DNA of 64,000 nucleotides from Eledone cirrhosa. Its lineage: Eukaryota. A program made the position numbers and the translations under genes. Where the stretch lies: NCBI GenBank assembly GCA_964016885.1, contig OZ024754.1:20646001-20710000 (forward strand), given 5' to 3'. Numbering within the stretch: the first letter of the stretch is position 1; each line of letters opens with the position of its first letter. The notes below the pieces were generated by a model, which ran no database searches, was not told the origin of the DNA, and was given only the letters and a program-made list of their open reading frames with translations. Shown one piece after another: positions 43,201 through 58,500 of this stretch.

Positions 43201-46200
43201 GTATTAATATAGACTCCCTCCCATATTACCCTTGGTATTAACATAGACCCCCTCCCATATTACCCATGGTATTAACATAGACTCCCTCCCATATTACCCT
43301 TGGTATTAACATAGACTCCCTCCCATATTACCTTTGGTATTAACATAGACTACCTCCCATATTACCCTGGGTCTTAACATAGACTCCCTCCCATATTAGA
43401 CTTGGTATTAACATAGACTCCCTCCCATATTACCCTTGGTATTAACATAGGGACTCCCTCCCATATTACCCTTGGTATTAACATAGAGACTCCCCCCATA
43501 TTACCCTTGGTATTAATATAGAGACTCCCTCCCATATTACCCTTGGTGTTAACATAGACTCCCTCCCATATTACCCTTGGTATTAACATAGACTCCCTCC
43601 CATATTACCCTTGGTATTAACATAGGGACTCCCTCCCATATTACCCTTGGTGTCAACATAGGGACTCCCTCCCATATTAGCCTTGGTATTTACATAGACT
43701 CCCTCCCATATTACCCTTGGTATTAACATAGACACACTCCCATATTACCCTTGGTATTAACATAGACTCCCTCCCATATTAGCCTTGGTATTAACATAGG
43801 TACACCCTCCCATATTACCCTTGGTATTAACATAGACTCCCTCCCATATTACCCTTGGTATTATCATAGGGACTCCCTCCCATATTACCCTTGGTATTAA
43901 CATAGACTCCATCCCATATTAGCATTGGTAATTACATAGACTACCTCCCATATTACCCTTGGTATTAACAGAGACTCCCTCCCATGTTAGCCTTGGTATT
44001 AACATAGACTACCTCCCATATTACCCTGGGTCTTAACATAGACTCCCTCCCATATTAGACTTGGTATTAACATAGACTACCTCCCATATTAGCATTGGTA
44101 TATACATAGACTCCCTCCCATATTACCCTTGGTATTAACATAGACTACCTCCCATATTACCCTGGGTCTTAACATAGACTCCCTCCCATATTAGACTTGG
44201 TATTAACATAGACTCCCTCCCATATTAGCATTGGTATTTACATAGACTCCCTCCCATATTACCCTTAGTATTAACATAGACTCCCTCCCATATTACCCTT
44301 GGTATTAACATAGGGACTCCCTCCCATATTGGCCTTGGTATTAACATAGAATCCCTCCCATATTAGCCTTGGTATTAACATAGACTCCCTCCCATATTAC
44401 CCTTGGTATTATCATAGGGACTCCCTCCCATATTACCCTTGGTATTAACATAGACTCCCTCCCATATTACCCTTGGTATTAACATAGACACCCTCCCATA
44501 TTACCCTTGGTATTATCATAGGGACTCCCTCCAATATTACCTTTGGCATTAACATAGACTCCCTCCCATATTACCCTTGGTATTAACATAGACTCCCTCC
44601 CATATTACCCTTGGTATTATCATAGGGACTCGCTCCCATATTACCCTTGGTATTAACATAGACTCCCTCCCATATTACCCTTGGTATTATCATAGGGACT
44701 CGCTCCCATATTACCCTTGGTATTAACATAAACACCCTCCCATATTACCCTTGGTATTATTATAGGTACGCCCTCCAATATTACCATTGGTATTAACATA
44801 GATTACCTCCCATATTACCCTGGGTCTTAACATAGACTCCCTCCCATATTAGACTTGGTATTAACATAGACTCCCTCCCATATTACCCTTGGTTTTAACA
44901 TAGGGACTCCCCCATATTACCCTTAGTATTAACATAGACTCCCTCCCATATTAGCCTTGGTATTAACATAGGGACTCCCTCCCATATTAGCCTTGGTAAT
45001 AACATAGACACCCTCCCATATTACCCTTGGTATTAACATAGTCTCCCTCACATATTACCCTTGGTATTAACATAGACTCCCTCCCATGTTAGCCTTGGTA
45101 TTAACATAGACTCTTTCCCATATTAGCCTTGGTATTAACATAGAATCCCTCCCATATTAGCCTTGGTATTAACATAGACTCCCTCCAATATTACCCTTGG
45201 TATTATCATAGGGACTCCCTCCCATATTACCCTTGGTATTAACATAGACTCCCTCCCATATTACCCTTGGTATTAACATAGACACCCTCCCATATTACCC
45301 TTGGTATTACCATAGGTACACCCTCCCATATTACCCTTGGTATTAACATAGACTACCTCCCATATTACCCTGGGTCTTAACATAGACTCCCTCCCATATT
45401 AGACTTGGTATTAACATAGACTCCCTCCCATATTACCCTTGGTATTAACATAGGGACTCCCCCCATATTACCCTTGGTATTAATATAGAGACTCCCTCCC
45501 ATATTACCCTTGGTGTTAACATAGACTCCCTCCCATATTACCCTTGGTATTAACATAGAATCCCTCCCATATTACCCTTGGTATTAACATAGGGACTCCC
45601 TCGCATATTACCCTTGGTATTAACACAGGGACTCCCTCCCATATTAGCCATGGTATTAACATAGACTCCTTCCCATATTAGCCTTGGTATTTACATAGAC
45701 TCGCTCCCATATTACCCTTGGTATTAACATAGACTTGCTCCCATATTACCCTTGGTATTAACATAGACACCCTCCCATATTAGCCTTGTTATTAACATAG
45801 AGACCCCCCCCCCATATTACCCTTGGTATTAATATAAACTCCCTCCCATATTACCCTTGGTATTAACATAGGGACTCCCTCCCATATTAGCCTTGGTATT
45901 AACATAGACTCCCTCCCATATTACCCATGGTATTAACATAGACTCCCTCCCATATTACCCTTGGTATTAACATAGACTCCCTCCCATGTTAGCCTTGGTA
46001 TTAACATAGACTCCTTCCCATATTAGCCTTCGCATTAACATAGACTCCCTCCCATATTAGCCTTGGTATTAACATAGACACCCTCCCATATTACCCTTGG
46101 TATTATCATAGGTACACCCTCCCATATTAGACTTGGTATTAACATAGACTCCCTCCCATATTACCCTTGGTATTAACATAGAGACTCCCCCCATATTACC

Positions 46201-49035
46201 CTTGGTATTAATATAGAGACTCCCTCCCATATTACCCTTGGTGTTAACATAGACTCCCTCCCATATAACCCTTGGTATTAACATAGACTCCCTCCCATAT
46301 TACCCTTGGTATTATGATAGGGACTCGCTCCCATATTACCCTTGGTATTAACATAGACTCCATCCCATATTACCCTTGGTATTAACATAGACACCCTCCC
46401 ATATTACCCTTGGTATTATCATAGGTACACCCTACCATATTAGACTTGGTATTAACATAGACTCCCTCCCATATTACCCTTGGTATTAACATAGAGACTC
46501 CCCCCATATTACCCTTGGTATTAATATAGAGACTCCCTCCCATATTACCCTTGGTGTTAACATAGACTCCCTCCCATATAACCCTTGGTATTAACATAGA
46601 CTCCCTCCCATATTACCCTTGGTATTAACATAGGGACTCCCTCCCATATTACCCTTGGTATTAACACAGGGACTCCCTCCCATATTAGCCTTGGTATTAA
46701 CATAGACTCCCTCCCATATTAGCCTTGGTATTTACATAGACTCGCTCCCATATTACCCTTGGTATTAACATAGACTCACTCCCATATTACCCTTGGTATT
46801 AACATAGACACCCTCCCATATTAGCCTTGGTATTAACATAGAGACCCCCCCATATTACCCTTGGTATTAATATAGACTCCCTCCCATATTACCCTTGGTA
46901 TTAACATAGACCCCCTCCCATATTACCCATGGTATTAGCATAGACTCCCTCCCATATTACCCTTGGTATTAACATAGACTCCCTCCCATATTACCCTTGG
47001 TATTAACATAGGGACTCCCTCCCATATTAGCCTTGGTATTAACATAGACTCCCTCCCATATTACCCTTGGTATTAATATAGACTCCCTCCCATATTACCC
47101 TTGGTATTAACATAGACTCCCTCCCATGTTAGCCTTGGTATTAACATAGACACCTTCCCATATTAGCCTTCGTATTCACATAGACTCCCTCCCACATTAG
47201 CCTTGGTATTAACATAGACTCCCCCCCATATTAGCCTTGGTATAAACATAGACTCCCTCCCATATTACCCTTGGTATTAACATAGACTCCCTCCCATATT
47301 ACCCTTGGTATTAACATAGACTCCTCCCATATTACCCTTGGTATTAACAGACTTTCTCCCATATCAGCCTTGGTATTAACATAGAGACTCCGACCCCCAT
47401 ATTACCCTTGGTATTAACATAGAGACCGCCCCCCATATTACCCATGGTATAAACATAGACTCCCTCCCATATTACCCTTGGTATTAACATAGACTCCCTC
47501 ACATATTACAATTGGTGTTAACATAGACTCCCTCCCATATTACGGTTGGTATTAACATAGGGACTCCCTCCCATATTAACCTTGGTATTAACATAGGGAC
47601 TCCCTCCCATATTAGCCTTGGTATTTACATAGACTCCCTCCCATATTACCCTTGGTATTAACATAGACTGCCTCCCATATTACCCTTGGTATTAACATAG
47701 GGACTCCCTCCCATATTAGCCCTGGTATTAACATAGAGACTCCCTCCCATATTACCCTTGGTATTAATTTAGACTCACTCCCATATTACCCTTGGTATTA
47801 ACATAGACTCACTCCCATATTACCCTTGGTATTAACATAGACTCCCTCCCATATTAGCCTTGGTATTAACATAGAGACCCCCCCCATATTACCCTTGGTA
47901 TTAACATAGAGACCCCCCCATATTACCCTTGGTATTAACATAGACCCCCTCCCATATTACCCATGGTATTAACATAGACTCCCTCCCATATTACCCTTGG
48001 TATTAACATAGACTCCTTCCCATATTACCCTTGGTATTAACATAGACTACCTCCCATATTACCCTGGGTCTTAACATAGACACCCTCCCATATTAGACTT
48101 GGTATTAACATAGACTCCCTCCCATATTACCCTTGGTATTAACATAGGGACTCCCTCCCATATTACCCTTGGTATTAACATAGAGACTCCCCCCTAATTA
48201 CCCTTGGTATTAATATAGAGACTCCCTCCCATATTACCCTTGGTGTTAACATAGACTCCCTCCCATATTACCCTTGGTATTAACATAGACTCCCTCCCAT
48301 ATTACCCTTGGTATTAACATAGGGACTCCCTCCCATATTAGCCTTGGTATTAACATAGGGACTCCCTCCCATATTAGCCTTGGTATTTACATAGACTCCC
48401 TCCCATATTACCCTTGGTATTATCATAGAGACTCCCTCCCATATTACCCTTGGTATTAACATAGACTACCTCCCATATTACCCTGGGTCTTAACATAGAC
48501 TCCCTCCCATATTAGACTTGGTATTAACATAGACTCCTTGCCATATTACCCTTTGTATTAACATAGACTCCCTCCCATATTACACTTGGTATTAACATAG
48601 ACTCCCTCCCATATTACCCTTGGTATTAACATAGGGACTCCCTCCCATATTACCCTTGGTATTAACATAGAGACTCCCCCCCATACTACCCTTGGTATTA
48701 ATATAGAGTCTCCCCCCCATATTACCCTTGGTATTAATATAGAGACTCCCTCCCATATTAACCTTGGTGTTAACATAGACTCCCTCCCATATTACCCTTG
48801 GTATTAGCATAGGGACTCCCTCCCATATTACCCTTGGTATTAACATAGAGACCGCCCCCCATATTACCCTTGGTATTAACATAGACTCCCTCCCATATTA
48901 CCCTTGGTATTAACATAGACTCCATCCCATATTACCCTTGGTATTAACATAGACTCCCTCACATATTACAATTGGTGTTAACATAGACTCCCTCCCATAT
49001 TACCGTTGGTATTAACATAGGGACTCTCTCCCATA
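34274..49035. repeat. Two tandem copies of a ~7.3-7.5-kb unit (~34274-41570 and ~41570-49035)
   Basis: ORF offsets 7289 (36085/43374), 7500 (38569/46069, 38882/46382), 7432 (40848/48280). Markers I saw only in these two copies: GGTATATACATAG, ATTGGCCTTGG, TTATTATAGGTACGCCC, CTCGCATATT, GACTTGCT, CCTAATTACC. Confidence 0.93.
38569..39110. repeat. Short block repeat at offset 313 bp (9 monomers); also present at 46069-46610
   Basis: Near-identical ORFs at 38569/38882 and 46069/46382. CCATATAACC marker repeated 313 bp apart. Confidence 0.85.
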
Positions 49036-50689
49036 TTAGCCTTGGTATTAACATAGGGACTCCCTCCCATATTAGCCTTGGTATTAACATAGGGACTCCC
49101 TCCCATATTACCCTTGGTATTTACATAGACTCCCTCCCATATTACCCTTGGTATTACCATAGACTCCCTCCCATATTACCCTTGGTATTAACATAGACTC
49201 CCTGCCATATTACCCTTTGTATTAACATAGACTCCCTCCCATATTACCCTTGGTATTAACATAGACTCCCTCCCATATTAGCCTTGGTATTAACATAGAG
49301 ACTCCCCCCCCCATATTACCCTTGGTATTAATATAGACTCCCTCCCATATTACCCTTGGTATTAACACAGACCCCCTCCCATATTACCCATGGTATTAAC
49401 ATAGACTCCCTCCCATATTACCCTTGGTATTAACATAGACTCCCTCCCATATTACCCTTGGTATTAACATAGAGAATCCCTCCCATATTACCCTTGGTAT
49501 TAACATAGATTCCCTCCCATATTACCCTTGGTATTAACATAGACTCCCTCCCATATTACCCTTAGTATTAACATAGAGACTCCCTCCCATATTAACATTG
49601 GTATTAACATAGACTCCTGCCCATATTACCCTTGGTATTAACATAGACTCCCTCCCATATTAGACTTGGTATTAACATAGACTCCCTCCCATATTACTCT
49701 TGGTATTAACATAGACTCCCTCCCATATTACCCTTGGTATTAACATAGACTCCTCCCATATTACCCTTGGTATTAACATAGACTACCTCCCATATTAGCC
49801 TTGGTATTAATATAGACACTCCGCCCCCCCCCCATTTTACCCTTGGTATTAACATAGACTCGCTCCCATATTACCCTTGGTATTAACATAGACTCCCTCC
49901 CATATTACCCTGGGTCTTAACATAGTCTCCCTCCCATATTAGACTTGGTATTAACATAGACTCCCTGCCATATTACCCTTTGTATTAACATAGACTCCCT
50001 CCCATATTACCCTTGGTATTAACATAGGGACTTCCTCAATTATTACCCTTGGTATTAATATAGAGACTCCCCCCATATTACCCTTGGTATTAATATAGAG
50101 ACTCCCCCCCATATTACCCTTGGTATTAATATAGAGACTCCCTCCCATATTAACCTTGGTGTTAACGTAGACTCCCTCCCATATTACCCTTGGTATTAAC
50201 ATAGAGACCCCCCCCCCCGTATTACCCTGGTATTAACATAGACTCCCTCCCATATTACCCTTGGTATTAACATAGACTCCATCCCATATTACCCTTGGTA
50301 TTAACATAGACTCCCTCACATATTACAATTGGTGTTAACATAGACTCCCTCCCATATTACCCTTGGTATTAACATAGGGACTCGCTCCCATATTACCCTT
50401 GGTATTAACATAGAGACTCCCTCCCATATTATCCTTGGTATTAACATAGACTCCCTCCCATATTAGACTTGGTATTAACATAGACTCCCTCCCATATTCG
50501 CCTTGGTATTAACATAGGGACTCCCTCCCATACTACCCTTGGTATTAACATAGAGACTCCCTCCCATATTAGCCTTGGTATAAACATAGGGATGCCCTCC
50601 CATATTACCCTTGGTATTAATGTAGAGACTCCCTCCCATATTAACCTTGGTGTTAACATAGACTCCCTCCCATATTACCCTTGGTATTA

Positions 50690-53600
50690 ACATAGGGACT
50701 CCCTCCCATATTAGCCTTGGTATAAACATAGGGACTCCCTCCCATATTACCCTTGGTATTTACATAGACTCCCTCCCATATTACCCTTGGTATTAACATA
50801 GACTCCCTCCCATATTACCCTTGGTATTAACATAGACTCCCTGCCATATTACCCTTTGTATTAACATAGACCCCCTCCCATATTACCCATGGTATTAACA
50901 TAGACTCCCTCCCATATTACCCTTGGTATTAACATAGACTCCCTCCCATATTACCCTTGGTATTAACATAGACTCCCTCCCATATTAGACTTGGTATTAA
51001 CATAGACTCCCTCCCATATTACCCTTGGTATTAACATAGACTCCCTCCCATATTACCCTTGGTATTAACATAGACTCCTCCCATATTACCCTTGGTATTA
51101 ACATAGACTCCCTCCCATATTAGCCTTGGTATTAATATAGAGACGCCGCCCCCCATTTTACCCTTGGTATTAACATAGACTCGCTCCCATATTACCCTTG
51201 GTATTAACATAGACTCCCTCCCATATTACCCTTGGTATTAACATAGACTCCCTCCCATATTACCCTTAGTATTAACATAGAGACTCCCTCCCATATGAAC
51301 ATTGGTATTAACATAGACTCCCTCCCATATTACCCTTGGTATTAACATATACTCCCTCCCATATTACCCTTGGTTTTAACATAGGGACTTCCTCCCATAT
51401 TACCCTTGGTATTAACATAGAGACTCCCCCCATATTACCCTTGGTATTAATGTAGAGACTCCCTCCCATATTAACCTTGGTGTTAACATAGACTCCCTCC
51501 CATATTACCCTTGGTATTAACATAGGGACTCCCTCCCATATTAGCCTTGGTATTAACATAGGGACTCCCTCCCATATTAGCCTTGGTATTTACATAGACT
51601 CCCTCCCATATTACCCTTGGTATTAACATAGACTCCCTCCCATATTACCCTTGGTATTAACATAGACTCCCTGCCATATTACCCTTGGTATTAACATAGA
51701 GACTCCCTCCCATATTACCCTTGGTATTAACATAGACTCCCTCCCATATTACCCTTGGTATTAACATAGACTCCCTCCCATATTAGACTTGGTATTAACA
51801 TAGACTCCCTCCCATATTACCCTTGGTATTAACATAGACTCCCTCCCATATTACCCTTGGTATTAACATAGACTCCTCCCATATTACCCTTGGTATTAAC
51901 ATAGACTCCCTCCCATATTAGCCTTGGTATTAATATAGAGACTCCGCCCCCCATTTTACCCTTGTTATTAACATAGACTCGCTCCCATATTACCCTTGGT
52001 ATTAACATAGACTCCCTCCCATATTACCCTTGGTATTAACATAGACTACCTCCCATATTACCCTGGGTCTTAACATAGACTCCCTCCCATATTAGACTTG
52101 GTATTAACATAGACTCCCTGCCATATTACCCTTTGTATTAACATAGACTCCCTCCCATATTACCCTTGGTATTAACATAGGGACTCCCTCCATTATTACC
52201 CTTGGTATTAACATAGAGACTCCCCCCCATATTACCCTTGGTATTAATATAGAGACTCCCCCCCCATATTACCCTTGGTATTAATATAGAGACTCCCTCC
52301 CATATTAACCTTGGTGTTAACATAGACTCCCTCCCATATTACCCATGGTATTAACATAGAGACCGCCCCCCCATATTACCCTTGGTATTAACATAGACTC
52401 CCTCCCATATTACCCTTGGTATTAACATAGACTCCATCCCATATTACCCTTGGTATTAACATAGACTCCCTCACATATTACAATTGGTGTTAACATAGAC
52501 TCCCTCCCATATTACCGTTGGTATTAACATAGGGACTCCCTCCCATATTAGCCTTGGTATTAACATAGGGACTCCCTCCCATATTAGCCTTGGTAGTAAC
52601 ATAGCCTCCCTCCCATATTAGCCTTGGTATGTACATAGACTCCCTCCCATATTACCCTTGGTATTAACATAGACTCCCTCCCATATTACCCTTGGTATTA
52701 ACATAGGGACTCCCTCCCATATTACCCTTGGTATTAACATAGAGACTCCCTCCCATATTACCCTTGGTATTAACATAGACTACCTCCCATATTACCCTGG
52801 GTCTTAACATAGACTCCCTCCCATATTAGACTTGGTATTAACATAGACTCCCTCCTATATTACCCTTGGTATTAACATAGACTCCCTCCCATATTACCCT
52901 TGGTATTAACATAGGGACTCCCTCCCATATTACCCTTGGTATTAACATAGAGACTCCCCCCCATATTACCCTTGGTATTAATATAGAGACTCCCTCCCAT
53001 ATTAACCTTGGTGTTAACATAGACTCCCTCCCATATTACCCTTGGTATTAACATAGGGACTCCCTCCCATATTAGCCTTGGTATTAACATAGGGACTCCC
53101 TCCCATATTAGACTTGGTATTAACATAGACTCCCTCCCATATTACCCTTGGTATTAACATAGACTCCTCCCATGTTACCCTTGGTATTAAAATAGAGACT
53201 CCGCCCCCCATATTACCCTTGGTATTAACATAGACTCGCTCCCATATTACCCTTGGTATTAACATAGACTCCCTCCCATATTAGACTTGGTATTAACATA
53301 GACTCCCTTCCATATTACCCTTTGTATTAACATAGACTCCCTCCCATATTACCCTTGGTATTAACATAGACTCCATCCCATATTACCCTTGGTATTAACA
53401 TAGACTCCCTCACATATTACAATTGGTGTTAACATAGACTCCCAACCATATTACCGTTGGTATTAACATAGGGACTCTCTCCCATATTAGCCTTGGTATT
53501 AACATAGGGACTCCCTCCCATATTAGCCTTGGTATAAACATAGGGACTCCCTCCCATATTACCCTTGGTATTTACATAGACTCCCTCCCATATTACCCTT

Positions 53601-55560
53601 GGTATTAACATAGACTCCCTCCCATATTACCCTTGGTATTAACATAGACTCCCTGCCATATTACCCTTTGTATTAACATAGACCCCCTCCCATATTACCC
53701 ATGGTATTAACATAGACTCCCTCCCATATTACCCTTGGTATTAACATAGACTCCCTCCCATATTACCCTTGGTATTAACATAGACTCCCTCCCATATTAG
53801 ACTTGGTATTAACATAGACTCCCTCCCATATTACCCTTGGTATTAACATAGACTCCCTCCCATATTACCCTTGGTATTAACATAGACTCCTCCCATATTA
53901 CCCTTGGTATTAACATAGACTCCCTCCCATATTAGCCTTGGTATTAATATAGAGACGCCGCCCCCCATTTTACCCTTGGTATTAACATAGACTCGTTCCC
54001 ATATTACCCTTGGTATTAACATAGACTCCCTCCCATATTACCCTTGGTATTAACATAGACTCCCTCCCATATTACCCTTAGTATTAACATAGAGACTCCC
54101 TCCCATATGAACATTGGTATTAACATAGACTCCCTCCCATATTACCCTTGGTATTAACATATACTCCCTCCCATATTACCCTTGGTTTTAACATAGGGAC
54201 TTCCTCCCATATTACCCTTGGTATTAACATAGAGACTCCCCCCATATTACCCTTGGTATTAATGTAGAGACTCCCTCCCATATTAACCTTGGTGTTAACA
54301 TAGACTCCCTCCCATATTACCCTTGGTATTAACATAGGGACTCCCTCCCATATTAGCCTTGGTATTAACATAGGGACTCCCTCCCATATTAGCCTTGGTA
54401 TTTACATAGACTCCCTCCCATATTACCCTTGGTATTAACATAGACTCCCTCCCATATTACCCTTGGTATTAACATAGACTCACTGCCATATTACCCTTGG
54501 TATTAACATAGAGACTCCCTCCCATATTAACATTGGTATTAACATAGACTCCCTCCCATATTACCCTTGGTATTAACATAGACTCCCTCCCATATTAGAC
54601 TTGGTATTAACATAGACTCCCTCCCATATTACCCTTGGTATTAACATAGACTCCCTCCCATATTACCCTTGGTATTAACATAGACTCCTCCCATATTACC
54701 CTTGGTATTAACATAGACTCCCTCCCATATTAGCCTTGGTATTAATATAGAGACTCCGCCCCCCATTTTACCCTTGTTATTAACATAGACTCGCTCCCAT
54801 ATTACCCTTGGTATTAACATAGACTCCCTCCCATATTACCCTTGGTATTAACATAGACTACCTCCCATATTACCCTGGGTCTTAACATAGACTCCCTCCC
54901 ATATTAGACTTGGTATTAACATAGACTCCCTGCCATATTACCCTTTGTATTAACATAGACTCCCTCCCATATTACCCTTGGTATTAACATAGGGACTCCC
55001 TCCATTATTACCCTTGGTATTAACATAGAGACTCCCCCCCATATTACCCTTGGTATTAATATAGAGACTCCCCCCCCCCATATTACCCTTGGTATTAATA
55101 TAGAGACTCCCTCCCATATTAACCTTGGTGTTAACATAGACTCCCTCCCATATTACCCATGGTATTAACATAGAGACCGCCCCCCCATATTACCCTTGGT
55201 ATTAACATAGACTCCCTCCCATATTACCCTTGGTATTAACATAGACTCCATTCCATATTACCCTTGGTATTAACATAGACTCCCTCACATATTACAATTG
55301 GTGTTAACATAGACTCCCTCCCATATTACCGTTGGTATTAACATAGGGACTCCCTCCCATATTAGCCTTGGTATTAACATAGGGACTCCCTCCCATATTA
55401 GCCTTGGTAGTAACATAGCCTCCCTCCCATATTAGCCTTGGTATGTACATAGACTCCCTCCCATATTACCCTTGGTATTAACATAGACTCCCTCCCATAT
55501 TACCCTTGGTATTAACATAGGGACTCCCTCCCATATTACCCTTGGTATTAACATAGAGAC
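50690..55560. repeat. ~2.05-kb block repeated at offset 2812 (~50690-52750 and ~53500-55560); third copy at ~60480-62540
   Basis: Identical ORFs at 51308, 54120, 61099. Markers CCATATGAACATTGG, CATATACTCCC, GGTTTTAACATAGGGACTTCC, GGTATGTACAT in the same order. Confidence 0.9.
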
Positions 55561-58500
55561 TCCCCCCCATATTACCCTTGGTATTAATGTAGAGACTCCC
55601 TCCCATATTAACCTTGGTGTTAACATAGACTCCCTCCCATATTAGCCTTGGTATTAACATAGGGACTCCCTCCCATATTACCCTTGGTATTAACATAGGG
55701 ACTCCCTCCCATATTACCCTTGGTATTAACATAGAGACCGCCCCCCCATATTACCCTTGGTATTAACATAGACTCCCTCCCATATTACCCTTGGTATTAA
55801 CATAGACTCCATCCCATATTACCCTTGGTATTAACATAGACTCCCTCACATATTACAATTGGTGTTAACATAGACTCCCTCCCATATTACCGTTGGTATT
55901 ATCATAGTGAATCTCTCCCATATTAGCCTTGGTATTAACATAGACTACCTCCCATATTACCCTGGATCTTAACATAGACTCCCTCCCATATTAGACTTGG
56001 TATTAACATAGACTCCCTCCCATATTACCCTTGGTATTAACATAGACTCCCTCCCATATTACCCTTGGTATTAACATAGAGACTCCCTCCCATATTATCC
56101 TTGGTATTAACATAGACTACCTCCCATATTACCCTGGATCTTAACATAGACTCCCTCCCATATTAGACTTGGTATTAACATAGACTCCCTCCCATATTAC
56201 CCTTGGTATTAACATAGACTCCCTCCCATATTACCCTTGGTATTAACATAGGGACTCCCTCCCATATTAGCCTTGGCATTAACATAGACTCCCTCCCATA
56301 TTACCCTTGGTATTAACATAGACTCCCTCCCATGTTAGCCTTGGTATTAACATAGAGTCCTTCCCATATTAGCCTTGGTATTAACATAGACTCCCTCCCA
56401 TATTAGGCTTGGTATGAACATAGACTCCCTCCCATATTAGCCTTGGTATAAACATAGACTCCCTCCCATATTACCCTTGGTATTAACATAGACTCCCTCC
56501 CATATTACCCTTGGTATTACCATAGATTCCTCCCATATTACCCTTGGTATTAACAGACTCTCTCCCATATCAGCCTTGGTATTAACATAGAGAATCCGAC
56601 CCCCATATTACCCTTGGTATTAACATAGACTCCCTCCCATATTACCCTTGGTATTAACATAGACTCCCTCCCATATTGCCCTTGGTATTATCATAGACTC
56701 CCTCACATATTACCCTTGGTATTAACATAGACTCCCTCCCATATTACCCTTGGTATTAACATAGACTCCTCCCATATTACCCTTGGTATTAATATAGAGA
56801 CTCCGCCCCCCATATTACCCTTGGTATTAACATAGACTCGCTCCCATATTACCCTTGGTATTAACATAGACTCCCTCCCATATTACCCTTGGTATTAACA
56901 TAGACTACCTCCCATATTACCCTGGGTCTTAACATAGACTCCCTCCCATATTAGACTTGGTATTAACAAAGACTCCCTGTCATATTACCCTTTGTATTAA
57001 CATAGACTCCCTCCCATATTACCCTTGGTATTAACATAGACTCCCTCCCATATTACCCTTGGTTTTAACATAGGGACTTCCTCCCATATTACCCTTGGTA
57101 TTAACATAGAGACTCCCCCCCAATATTACCCTTGGTATTAATATAGAGACTCCCTCCCATATTAACCTTGGTGTTAACATAGACTCCCTCCCATATTACC
57201 CTTGGTATTAACATAGGGACTCCCTCCCATATTAGCCTTGGTAGTAACATAGCCTCCCTCCCATATTAGCCTTGGTATGTACATAGACTCCCTCCCATAT
57301 TACCCTTGGTATTAACATAGACTCCCTCCCATATTACCCTTGGTATTAACATAGGGACTCCCTCCCATATTACCCTTGGTATTAACATAGAGACTCCCTC
57401 CCATATCACCCTTGGTATTAACATAGACTACCTAGCATATTACCCTGGGTCTTAACATAGACTCCCTCCCATATTAGACTTGGTATTAACATAGACTCCC
57501 TCCTATATTACCCTTGGTATTAACATAGACTCCCTCCCATATTACCCTTGGTATTAACATAGGGACTCCCTCCCATATTACCCTTGGTATTAACATAGAA
57601 ACTCCCCCTCCATATTACCCTTGGTATTAATATAGAGACTCCCTCCCATATTAACCTTGGTGTTAACATAGACTCCCTCCCATATTACCCTTGGTATTAA
57701 CATAGGGACTCCCTCCCATATTAGCCTTGGTATTAACATAGGGACTCCCTCCCATATTAGACTTGGTATTAACATAGACTCCCTCCCATATTACCCTTGG
57801 TATTAAAATAGACTCCTCCCATATTACCCTTGGTATTAACACAGACTCTTTCCCATATTAGCCTTGGTATTAATATAGAGACTCCGCCCCCCATATTACC
57901 CTTGGTATTAACATAGACTCGCTCCCATATTACCCTTGGTATTAACATAGACTCCCTCCCATATTAGACTTGGTATTAACATAGACTCCCTGCCATATTA
58001 CCCTTTGTATTAACATAGACTCCCTCCCATATTACCCTTGGTATTAACATAGACTCCATCCCATATTACCCTTTGTATTAACATAGACTCCCTCCCATAT
58101 TACCCTTGGTATTAACATAGACTAACTCCCATATTACCCTGGGTCTTAACATAGACTCCCTCCCATATTAGACTAGGTATTAACATAGACTCCCTCCCAT
58201 ATTACCCTTGGTATTAACATAGGGACTCTCTCCCATATTACCCTTGGTACTAACATAGAGACTCCCCCCCATATTACCCTTGGTATTAATGTAGATAATC
58301 CCTCCCATATTAACCTTGGTGTTAACATAGACTCCCTCCCATATTAGCCTTGGTATTAACATAGGGACTCCCTCCCATATTAGCCTTGGTATTAACATAG
58401 GGACTCCCTCCCATATTAGCCTTGGTATTTACATAGACTCCCTCCAATATTACCCTTGGTATTAACATAGACTCCCTCCCATATTACCCTTGGTATTAAC

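Noticed and set aside
43600-43775. Five-monomer (~170-174 bp) nucleosome-length periodicity
   Set aside because: Only this one 174-bp indel fits. Other indels and duplications involve 1, 4, 6, 9, 16 or 29 monomers, and no 5-mer period is visible.
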